A DNA stretch of 64,000 nt, from positions 7,564,001 through 7,628,000 of the forward strand of contig JBHGNT010000010.1 of NCBI GenBank assembly GCA_043228905.1. Direction: 5' to 3'. Positions 14,340 to 25,943 of this stretch are shown in pieces. The translations under genes were made by a program, and so were the position numbers. The notes under the pieces were generated by a model, which was not told the origin of the DNA, did not search any database, and was given only the letters and a program-made list of their open reading frames with translations. The DNA is from Azolla caroliniana. Taxonomy: Eukaryota; Plantae; Polypodiophyta. Every line of letters begins with the position of its first letter. Position 1 is the first letter of the stretch.

Positions 14340-14530
14340 GTGCCACCTCCACCTTCTATCCAACTTGTTGACGGCTCGGAATACGAGGTAGATGCTATTC
14401 TCGATTCTAAGATTGTGCGTAATAAGCTCTATTATCTAGTTGATTGGCTAGGCTATCCTCCAAGTGATCACGCTTGGGAACCTATCAATAACGTTTGTAG
14501 TGCTCAAAGCTCTTGTCGACGACTTCCATT
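14340..14530 (+). pseudogene. Integrase chromodomain of element E
   Basis: EYEVDAILDSKIVRNKLYYLVDWLGYPPSDHAWEP retains the aromatic-cage pattern of group I chromodomains. Confidence 0.85.
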
Positions 14531-14570
14531 GTCGTTATCCAAACAAACCCGACCTTACATTATTAACACC

Positions 14571-14600
14571 ATCACGTTCGCGTTCAGAAGTGGAAGGATC
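14571..14600 (+). repeat. Left TIR of the DNA transposon
   Basis: ATCACGTTCGCGTTCAGAAGTGGAAGGATC. Confidence 0.92.
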
Positions 14601-15073
14601 ACGCATTCCACTTTTAGATTCCCTTTATAGTTACACAATTTAAGCCTGTTGTGAAATATGACGTGCACTAGTATCACATGATAAACCATAGAGGGTGAAT
14701 TTATTGATTTATTAATCGGATACATCTCTATACCTAGAGAACATGCTATTTATTGGAGAAAATATAAATGTACTAGATTTATTCTTGTAATGTTTACAAA
14801 TTTAGGGTTGGTTTTTACCGCGCATTCATTTTATACAAATTAATTATTTGACTAAAGCATTAACAAACAGGAATTCCATTTTCATGAGATGTAAAGTGCA
14901 TAGGTTTACAATGGTTAAACTTTCCAAGAGAGGTGTATATGCTATTTGAGAAATTGATATTTACATATTATTCAATACAATACATAATGACTAATAGTTG
15001 GCAAAGATCATTAGGATATAATACCAAATGTATATGTTCATGACAACACATGAAAATTAGAAGTAGAAAGCGT

Positions 15074-15883
15074 TGTCGTTAAGATTTTCGGCAATGGTGT
15101 GAAAATCGCATAAAACATACGAAATCGAGTATGAATCATATAAAACAATAATAATGAAAAAAATACTATTTTAAATAAGTTTAATATTTTAGTACAAAAA
15201 GATGGAGGTCTTCAAGAACTTTCGAATGCACTTTACTACATAAGAAACGAACATCTAAGTCTCAAGTTATGTGGGTAGAAAGTTTACAAAGGAAAAGAGA
15301 AAGATAAAACTGTGAGATATCCCACATAGACAGGACAAATAAGGTTCTCACCATATATAAGGTACAACAAAAGCTATTATCTTTGTGTCTATTTGAGGAA
15401 CACATGTTCCGGAGACTTGGGCAGTTGTAGAAAGCCAACGTGAGACCCAAGAGATGGACAATGGTGACCCATGTAGGACACTCCATCTAGAGACTTGGGC
15501 AGTTGCGTTGAGAACCAACGTGGGACCCAAGAGACAGATGGTAGGAAACGAATGTAAAAAATTGAAAGGTAAAAAATCAGAATGTAAAAAGGGATGCTAT
15601 GTATTATTCAAGAATTTAAGAAGAAGAAAATTCGTTCTCCAATTGATGGTGCATCTTGTTTCTTAAATCTAAAGTGAAGGGTCCAATCTTAATCTCTCTC
15701 TATCTCTCTCATGCCATATCAATCTCTCTTGACCCAAAGTCAAGCGTTTAAATCTCTCTCTCTCTCTTTTAATCTATCTTAATTCCTTTTTTGCTAAAGC
15801 TAGTTCAAACTTCGAGTCCTTCTGGTCCAGAACCCCGGTGGTTCCGCCTCGCGATCCGCACGTAGTGACGGATCTTCACGACA
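15074..15883 (+). mobile_element. Solo-LTR-like TG...CA insertion (same family as 24900-25943) inside the DNA transposon
   Basis: Ends are TGTCGTTAAGAT...ATCTTCACGACA, with flanks GCGT/ACGT (4 bp, one mismatch). The 3' ~50 bp are shared with 2402-3960. Confidence 0.8.
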
Positions 15884-18800
15884 ACGTACTCATAACTATT
15901 AGTTTACATTACATTAGACATACAAGAATATACCCAAAACATATATGACTATTATTAAGGTATAGGTAGTGCTAAATTTTTGGGTGCCATAATAGAGATA
16001 ACTCTCCGATAGAAATTTTCATTTGATTGTTTATACATAAACACTTAATCAAGAGGTTAAACACATATATACAAATGGAGTACTAATAATCTATATAGAT
16101 TACACATTGATAGCCCTCCATACATCCAGTCCAGACAACCATCAACCATAGAAACATGATTGTTGTTGTACAATCCCCTCTAATAAAGCAAATACTCCCC
16201 AATATCTACAAATGCCTCCTTCAGTCCCAGTAAATGTTATTTATCATAGTTAGTCTATAAGTATAATAAATTCAAAAAGTGATTGGGAATAACAAACATG
16301 GAAATAAGTTTTACGAACACAATTGATGGGTAAAATATGAAGGATGAACATACATTTTCTTTGATCTTAACTATATACTTAGATGACAGTCCAACAAATT
16401 TAATAAATATGTGCAACAAGATATAAACATAGAAACACATTAATTAAAACATAATATAACACCATATAAACAAATAGATTGGATCATATTAAGAAATAGT
16501 ATTGATTAAAAGATCGTTGATCAGAAGTAAATACATTAAAAGTTATTTTATAAACTCCAACTACATCACTAGGAGAGTATCCATATCATTGGATTCATCA
16601 TTAATCAGTGAACTATCATCCACATTTAGCGCAATAGTATCCACTCCAGATAGACTCGCTACCGTGGGGTTCTCCGTTAAGTCATCGTCAAGCTCTACGA
16701 GTTCCCTAGGTTCACCAGCCAAAGGAGGGATCGGTTCACGGGAGGCAGGCTGAAAATGTTTGGTATATGCTATATGCTTGGCCCCTACCTCCTCGTCTTG
16801 ATCGGGGCATTCCCAAAGTACGCGAAGCCTCATGTTGATGAAGTTCATTTACCTGTGCCAGAAAACAAGTCCAATATCCAGTCATCTTCATTCGAAAACA
16901 TCTCGAGAAGGCGCATCATTAAACGTTGGGGCTTTTGGTAGGGATTCACAAGCCCGCGCTCAGTCGTGGTCACATGTCGAAGCTTTCGTGTCACGGCTGA
17001 ATATACGAGCAGGTTTGAGCATCCCACCTCATTCGAATGCTCCTTGATTCTTTGCTTCTTGATCTCTTCATAATAACCAAATGTTATATATTCCATTGCG
17101 TTGACGAACCGAAAAGTCAGTCCCCTATTTACGTTGGTTTTAATCCTCATCATTGAGAAAAGAAGTTATAAGCAGTTTAAATTACAATATATAATTCCTA
17201 TTGAAATACAATGCTTTCAATAAAATCCTTACCAAGGAAGGTTCTCAATTCCATGGCAATGAGATCTCAACGCTTGAGCCATGGAATATCCCTGATCCAT
17301 GCTATGAAATATTACAATTCTCCATAAGGAAACGGTGGTCAAGTCGGCGAAATCTTTTACCATTTTTTGCAACTGCTTGAACCTAAAAGGTTCGTCATCG
17401 TAGATCGATCCAGCCATACGAAAACCGTATGGAATATCAGCTACCATTAACGTATACTCTTTCTTTGGCAGCTTCTGGATCATGTTAGCCACATCACAAC
17501 AATAAACATTGTAGTACAGATCTCTGGTGATGTCTCTTTTGTGACTGAACTTCTTGAAGGTGCCGTCATCTTCCACCTCAAACGCCCTTACCAAGCGTCG
17601 ATCCTTCTCTTTTTTGGCCCTTTCAAGATGTGCAAGAAAGGATGTTGGAAAGTCATGTATATCCTTTATTTCACCGGGCCTCTTACTCTGACATGGTTTC
17701 TAAATAAATAAGACATTAACAAAGTTATAGTCGATACACGGGATGGACCACCACAAATTGATCAAACAAAGAGTTACACTCACCCAATCCTTAAATGCAA
17801 TGAAATATTTCGATAACGCCTTGTACGAAGACGTTATCGGATATTCTTCAGTCACTTGTTCCCACAATAAGCAACCTAGTTGCTTCATCATCACTTCTTG
17901 TATTTTCATATAGACTTTGTGGTTGAAAATTTATAAACCAACATTAAAAATTCATTTCTTAAAACAAGATAAACCATAAAAATTTAGTAAGACCTTATTT
18001 GTTGAACTCTGTAACCATTTCCTTGTTGAACTCCGTAACCATTTCCTCTAGGCTCAGCTCCTTTCCTACAACTCTTGAAAGCACAGACATAAGAAACTGC
18101 TCATCTTTGATCCCTTGCATTGCCCTCCATAAAGACAACTTCATATCATCAGCCGCTTCCTCAATGGTAAGCTCAATCTTCTTGGCAATTGAGCTCTTCA
18201 ATTCTAATTGAGGGTCAACTTTCGACTTCTTTTGTCTTTGACCCTTCACTTCCTTATTCTCCCACATCGTAAATATTTGATCTTGAAGTTCCCGACTTCT
18301 CCATCCCTGAATGCGAGTTGAAACCATGACTCATACTTTCTGATTCCATCAGACTTCACCGCATTGTCCACCACAATTCCCACTTCGTGGAGACATTGAC
18401 GTCGTAGAGCTGGATATAATTTCGCTCCAAATTTGTTTTTCCCGTCAAGGTACTCGTGGTGAAAAAATCTAATGCGTTCGATGGAGGACATCTTCTGCCG
18501 GTAGTTATTGTGGTCCCATGCTAACAACTTCACCTCCTTAGTTGTTAGCCCCACATAAATTTTGCATTCTGCATATTTGAAGAAGAACGTTGTGGGATGC
18601 TCACAGACTAATTGTCGTCTTGCCTCCGCCGAGTGAGGTCCGCCAATCACAAAATAATTGTATTGGTCGTGCTTCTTAATATCAAAATCCTCTAGCTTAG
18701 AGAACTCAAGAGGATCCACCATTACAATAAAAGGCACGACCGTTGCATGGGGGTTGATTTTCATCTTCTTCTGTAAATTTTGGACGTGCAGCTTATATGG

Positions 18801-21145
18801 TTCTCTGATCTCCAAAGGGCGACGTCCTGTATTCTCATCCAGAGGGGGGAGATGAATATGGGTTATCGGAAGGTTAAAAACTTGCCCCTTCAGCACAAGT
18901 TTTCTATGTATTATGTTCCTTCTAATTTTATTTTGTTATGATGACAACACACCAGACGCAAGCTCTGCTCCTAGTGTAGATTGAGCCTCATCATCCTCTG
19001 TGAATTTGATGACTCAGAATCTGACATTCTCGTCACCTTTTTTTGAGGCCTAGATTCCACTGCAGATTTCCTTATTGGTGCTTTAATAGGCGATAAGGAG
19101 GTTGTCTTCAAATTAACATGACCTTGAATATATGGCCTCAGTGTTGTTATTCAGTTCATACTTATCTCAATAACATTTCGGAAGGATTTTGGCCCACATG
19201 AATCCTTCAACAAGTAGTCTTCGGAGACAATCATCTTTCAAACTCCTTTTGTATAGTTGACTAATACAATCAAATTAGTTGAGTTAGCATCTTCATATTC
19301 CAGCCGCAAGATTTTGTCATAGCTAAATGGCCGATATTGAGCAAGCATACCACGTCCAGCCAGTCTGGTAACTAACAATACTATCTTTTTCAAGTCTACA
19401 TATTGCAATGCCCACTCAAATCTGTTGAGCGAGCAAGCTCAACCGGATCCAGATCGGTTGAATAAGCCTGAGACGGATTGACATCTGGAAGGATGAGCCA
19501 AATCGGTGTCTGGATGGTATCTGAAAACAACCAGTCGGATCGGAGAGCTGGATTCGAGCGGGAACTGAAAGCCTAGTAGTAGCCTAGACTACTAGGTAAT
19601 CATTATCTCGTAGTTAGTGTCAGTCGCACGTGTGAGCATTGAAGTACCTGTCAGTACTTTATGGACTTGTATAAATAGTGTTGTTTAGCACGTTGTATGT
19701 ACAAAGTTTTAGAGTTAATTTTTGAATATAGTTTTATGTTCTACTCTCTCTGTCTCCTTTGCGTTTTAAGCTTTTCCATTAAACCTTCATCTCATTTTTT
19801 GTTGCTATTCGGCTGAGCCGGTTCTGTCTGACGCTTCTGCACATTAACATTCACATGGTATCAGAGCGTGAGGGTTGAGAACCTCTGCAGCTGACATTTG
19901 CTTCCGTAGACAAACCCTAGAACCCGGTAACAACAAATAGAGACAAGATATGGAAAGAGGAATGACGAGTTCACTTGCAACAGAGAAGCTCAACCGGAGC
20001 AACTATGCATCCTGGTCATATAAAATGCACCAGTACCTACTGGGGCATGGATATTGGAGCTTTGTGGAAGGAACACATGAAGTAGCACCGGAACCGTCAC
20101 ACAAAGACTTATGGTATGGGAGCAAGGAGCGAGTCGGGTACTATACAGTCTCGCGTCCGGTGTGCATGATCAAATGCTCAACAACATCAAGCATGCAAAG
20201 ACGCCGAAGGAGGCCTGGGAAAATCTATGGAAGATTTTCGCCGCAAGTACCACAGCTCGTAAGTTGCAGCTCCGGCAAGAGCTTAACAACATCCGGCAAA
20301 GAGACATGTCAGTTATGGACTACACCACCAAGATAAAGGAGATTTACGATGCACTCGGGTCCATCAATGTGACAGTGAATGAAGACGAGATGGTACAAAT
20401 CTACCTCGGTGGTCTAGCGCAAAGGTATGGGCCAATCCGAACAACGATTTGCACCCAGGAGAAACCACCGTCCTTCTTTGACCTTCAATCGATGCTGATG
20501 GTTGAAGAAAACCACGTGAGTGGGTCAAGGACCAGTCAATCGGACGACCGGATGTTGTACACGGAGATAGATCGGCCCCATGGATGTGGTGGATGAGGTG
20601 GGTCAGCAGGCAATGGAGGCGGCCGACAAGAGCAAGATCGGAGGCACAGAGGTTGTGCCAACAGAAGTTCCAGACCCTCCACAAGCAGGGGGAGTCAAAG
20701 CGGCACCGAGAACTGGCAAGGGAAGACCGACACGGAATGCTGGTACTGTGGCAAAAAGGGCCATAGGGAAAGTGAGTGCTAGAAGAAGCGCACCGATTCG
20801 GACAAATCCGGATCCGGCAAAACCGGTCGGGAGAACCGGCAAAGCTCGCACTACGCGGAAGGATCGGAAGAATCCGGAACCGGGAAACCGGTAAAGGGCC
20901 AGCTTTCATGATGAAGCACAAGGCTAACTCGATGAAGAAGACTACTTTTGGATCAGAGGAAGTATGGTACGTTGATTCCGGAGCGTCCAACTACATGACG
21001 AGCCATGAAGAGTGGTTCTCTTTTTTGGAGAAACCGGAACAACCGGGGATTGTTGAAACCAGAGACGACACCCTTGACCTGATTGTGCATGTCGGAGAAG
21101 TCCCTTTAAGCCATATCGGCCAAAAGGGGAAGCTGATGAATGTAC

Positions 21146-21820
21146 TGACAGGAATACACGCTCCCTAAGCACAACGCTCGACCACAACCGAGTCTAGGAT
21201 CAAACACAGAAAACGGGTAAGGTACGCACGACATAGTGAAGAGAAGAGTACACAGGATGTTAACGTGGAAAAACCCAAACTAGGGAAAAAACCACGACAA
21301 CCCACAAACTGCAAACTATCACTATATCACAATGTACAATAGTAAAGCACCGAGGCAACGACCTCGAGCTTGCTATCTTCGCCACAGGCGGCAGTTACAA
21401 CAGAGGCAACAACCTCTTCCTCTCTCTCCCTCTCTGTACACGGTTACGCACAAAATTATTGCAACTAACGAGAATGACAACAACACAACACTAAGTTTGC
21501 CCTAAGTCATATTTATACTAACATGAATTTTCGGCTATTTACAAATATAGCCCCGATGGACTCTTAGAAACATATTTACGAATATGTCCCTTCATTCGGT
21601 GAGCACTCCTCATCGGGCCTGCATCATCCGGCGCTTGCCGGGCACTCGTCATCCGGTTCTCACCGGGCCTTCACCATCCGGCTCTTGTCGGGCACTCGTC
21701 ATCCGATTCTCATTGGGTCTTCCGTTGCCGGGTACTCCATATCCGGTTCTGGCCTTGGCCAAGTTTGCTCATCAACACTGTTCTTCTCACTTCCCATCCG
21801 GAGAGACCCGTTTCCTAACA
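21146..21820 (-). mobile_element. Solo LTR related to the copia B/C LTR family, inside copia A
   Basis: TG...CA ends, TSD TGTAC/CGTAC, and similarity to 27070-27742 (ACGTGGAAAA, TTTGCCCTAAGTCATATTTATAC). Confidence 0.9.
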
Positions 21821-24800
21821 CGTACTACACGTTCCGATTATCACAAAGAACCTGGTGTTAGTTGGGCAAATCGTCGACCAGGGGATGCAGGTGCAGTTTA
21901 CGCGCCTAGGGTGCTTCATCGAGGAAGAGGGCCGGATAATTGCGAAAGGGCGCAGAGATGGGATGATGTTCATCCTCAACACTAATGATGTCGGCACCGC
22001 TATGTTTGCGAAAGGGCAGAAGGCTGAATCGGACATCAACCTTTGGCACAAATGGATCGGCCACGTCAATTATTGGAGGCTTCAAGACCTGCAATCGAAA
22101 CAAGTCGTTTCCGGTTTGCCGAAATTTAGCGTCCAGAAGGCCGAAATTTGTGAAGCCTGCCAACTCGAGAAGCAACACCGGCTTCCATTCCCCACCGATC
22201 AAAACCGGAGCCATAACAAGCTCGATTTAATCCATTCCGATGTATGGGGACTGGCACAAAACGTTAGTCTTGGCGGGAGTCGGTATTTCATCGATGACTA
22301 CAGCCGGCACACGTGGATCTACCTCATCGAGAGGAAGAGCGAAGTCTTCGAGTGTTTCCGGAACCTTCAAAGCTTGGTTGAACAGGAAATGGAGAGGAAG
22401 ATCAAGTGCCTGTGGTTGGATGGCGGGAAAGAATACTTTTCCGGCCAATTCAACAGTTATCTGGAGCAGAATGGAATTCAGAGAGAATTCAGCTACAAGT
22501 TCACACTGGAGAAAAACGGTGTGGCCGGAAGGAAGAACTGGTCGATTGTCGACGCGGCAAGGGCAATGTTGGAGGAGAAGAGCATGCCCCATTTCTACTG
22601 GGCCGAGGCGGTCCGGACGGCCGTCTACATCCAAGACCGGATCGGTGACAAGGTGTCAACACATGAGCTGTATTTCGGGCAAAAGCCGAATTTGAGACAC
22701 CTTCGGATATTCGGTAGCATAGCATATGTGGATGTACCGGATGAGAAGGGGAGGAAGCTGGATCTGAAGTTGGAGAAGTGCATTCTAGTCGGTTACTCGC
22801 ATGAGCAAAAGGGGTATAAGTGCTATAAGCCCCGGACTAAGCAGGTCCGAGTAAGCCGAGATGTCGAGTTTGATGAGACGGCATCCTGGTACACCTTACC
22901 GACTCCAACTCCCGACGAAGACCCGATTCTGGAAGATGAGGCTAGTGAGCCCGAGGAGGTTTAGGTAGAAGATGAAGACTTCGGCACTCTAGAAGAGAGT
23001 CCGATCTTATTCCGGTTAAGTGGACCGAATGAGTGGCTGAGTCGAGATGACCAGTCGGATGAGGAACCGTCGAGTAGTGGAGACTCTTCCGTGCTCTCCC
23101 CGCGCAAGGAATCGAGGAGACGGTTCACGCGCAAAGAGAAGGGGAAGAAGACGATGCCGGAATACGAAACCAACAACGTTGAGTCAGATCGGAGCGAATC
23201 TGACTCCGGAAATGATGAAGGCGGATCTTCAGGAACGAAGTCCAACCTGGCCAAGAAGGGCCCCAAATCGGGTAATACCAAGTTACACTGGTCTTCCCGC
23301 TTGAAGAACCCCGTTACGCGGTACGGGCATAATGAGTACATGGCGCATCATTATGTGTTCATGACTAAGGTGGCGGAAGTGTGTGAGCTAGAGAGCTACG
23401 CAGAAGTGGCAAAGGACGCAAATTGGCGTGCCGCTATGGAGGAAGAAATATGGGCACTAGATGCCAACGACACATGGGACCTTGTTGACCCTCCCCGACA
23501 CTGTAAACCGATCAGTTGCAAATGGGTGTACAAGGTAAAGTACAATGTTGACGGTTCGGTTCACCGGTACAAGGCCCAGTTAGTGGCGAAGGGATACACA
23601 TAGACCCAGGGAATCGATTACTACGAGACCTTCGCCCCGGTAGCGAAGATGACGATGGTTCGTGTGGTACTGGCGGTTGCTGTGACAAGGGAGTGGCATC
23701 TTCACCAGATGGACGTGAAGAATGCGTTTCTTCAAGGTGACCTTGAAGAACGGGTCTATATGATCCAACCTCCAGGTTTTAAGTCGGAGATGAACAAGTC
23801 GGCGGTGTGCTGGCTCAAGAAGTCGCTTTACGGTCTGAAACAAGCCCCCCGAGCTTGGAATGTGAAGATCACGCACCGGTTGCGTAAGATGGGGTTTGTG
23901 ACCTCTAAATCTGACTTGTCGTTGTTCATCCAGCAAGGTTCGGATGGTCCGGTTTGCATCCTACTTTATGTTGATGATTTAGTCATCACTGAACCCAGAC
24001 TCAATGAAATCGGCCGAGTAAAGTTCCAGCTGTCGGACGCATTTGAAATGAAGGACCTAGGGGACCTTCATTATTTTCTTGGGATCGAGGTGATCCGAAC
24101 CCCCGACTGCATATTGCTCTCACAACGACACTGTGTGTTGAATATGTTGTACAAGTTCGGTATTATGGAGTGCCGACTTGTCTCCACACCCCTGGACCGG
24201 AACGAGAAGCTCTGTCCCAACTCCGGACCGGCTTGCGATGAGAAACGGTTCCGACATATTGTCGGAAGCCTGATATACTTGACAATCACTCGACCCGACC
24301 TCAATTACTCGGTCGGAGTGATCAGCCAGTTTATGTAGAAGCCGACTGCCGAGCACCTTCAGTGCGCACATCGGATACCCCGGTATGTGAGCGACACGAA
24401 GGACCGGGGATTATTATACCAGCATGGTATAACCGAAGAACTAGTCAGATATACAGATGCCGATTGGGCCGGTGATGCATCGGATCGCCAATCTACCTCC
24501 GGTTACATGTTTTCTCTAGGTAGCACGGCTCTTGCGTGGAGCAACAAAAAGCAGCCAACAGTGGGGCTGAATACCGGGGCACTACCAATGCCACTTGTGA
24601 AGCCATCTGGCTTCGACGACTGCTGCAAGACCTGCGGTTTGAGGTCCCGACCCCGATCCTGCTCTATTGTGACAACATGAGCAACATTAAGCTCACGAAG
24701 AACCCCGTGTTCCATGCTCGGACGAAGCACATAGAAGTCCACTATCACTTTGTGCGTGAGCGGGTTTTGAGCGGTGAAGTAGAACTTCGGTATGTTTAGA

Positions 24801-24899
24801 CGGATTGGCAAATTGCCAATATCTTCACCAAACCGCTCAAATCGAACAAGTTGCAGCACTTCACTGAAATGCTTGGTGTTCAGCATCTCGACATGCCAC

Positions 24900-25943
24900 T
24901 GTCGTGAAGATCTGTCACTACGCGCGGATCGTGAGGCGGAACCGCCGGGGTTCTGAACCGGAAGGATTCAAAGTCGGTATAAGCTTTGGCGCAAGCTTTA
25001 GCGAGAAAGTACTTAAGATAGATTGGGAAAGAGAGAAGTTGAGATTACACGATTGAGAGAGATTGATTGAACTTTTAACTTTAGATTTAAGAAACAAGTT
25101 ACACGATCAATTTGATAACGAATTTCTTCCTCTTAATTTTCATAAAAAAAAACGTGTTTTTTTTCCTCCCCCTTCCTTCTTTTATAGATGCTCTCATGCA
25201 TATGATGCATGTGAGGGTACAAGACATGCATAAATTGAATGTTTGCCATTTGGCGCTTATGTATTACATGTGGTGCATGATAACCATGTCACTCATTTTA
25301 GCTCTCATGTATGAGAATTTACATGTAAAAGTACAATGATAGAAATATAATTTCAACTAAATAGCATGGCTTAATGGTAAGTCAGTTGACTCCTAACTTG
25401 GAGGTGCAAGGTTCGAATCCTTACTTGCCCTCCTTGTATATGTATATATGTATATATATTTATATTTATTTATCTAGTCACCGGACGCCGGTTCGTCGGA
25501 TGCCGTCGGTTACCAGTGCCTCGCCGGATGCCGGATCACCGGCTCCATCGCCGGTCCGGTTTTGGTTGGCCAAAACCCTTTACGAGTAGCTAGCCCACCT
25601 CCACTCTTAGTTCAAGTTACCTTGAACTCTCTATGCTCCACACATAGACACAAAGATAATATCTTTTGCTCTACCTTATATATGATGAGAGCCGTATTTG
25701 TCGTGCCTATGTGGGATATCTCACAATTTTCTCTTTTCCTTTCACAAACTTTATACCCTCATATCTTGACATTTAGTTGTCTGTTTCTCGTGTAATAAAG
25801 TGCATTCGAAACCTCCATCATTTTGTACTTAGATATTAAATTTATTTAAAATGTTATCTTCACAATTATTGTATTATGTGATTCATACTCGATTTCGTAC
25901 GTTTTATGGGATTTTCACACTATTGCCGAAAATCTTCACGACA
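24900..25943 (-). mobile_element. Solo-LTR-like TG...CA insertion with a 4-bp TSD at the end of copia A pol
   Basis: Ends are TGTCGTGAAGAT...ATCTTCACGACA, with flanks CCAC/CCGC. It is the reverse-orientation homolog of 15074-15883. Confidence 0.85.
25360..25432 (+). other. Degenerate tRNA-like / SINE-head sequence (Pol III A and B boxes)
   Basis: A box TGGCTTAATGG at 25367-25377, loop CTCCTAA, B box GGTTCGAATCC at 25410-25420. The stems pair poorly and a TA-rich tract follows. Confidence 0.55.

Noticed and set aside
16561-18896. Bacterial contamination or a prophage explaining the ParB-MTase
   Set aside because: The gene has in-frame GT-AG introns, is interrupted by plant copia elements with TSDs, and lies inside a TIR element inserted in a plant chromovirus.
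25360-25432. Functional tRNA-Arg gene
   Set aside because: The acceptor and anticodon stems do not pair properly.
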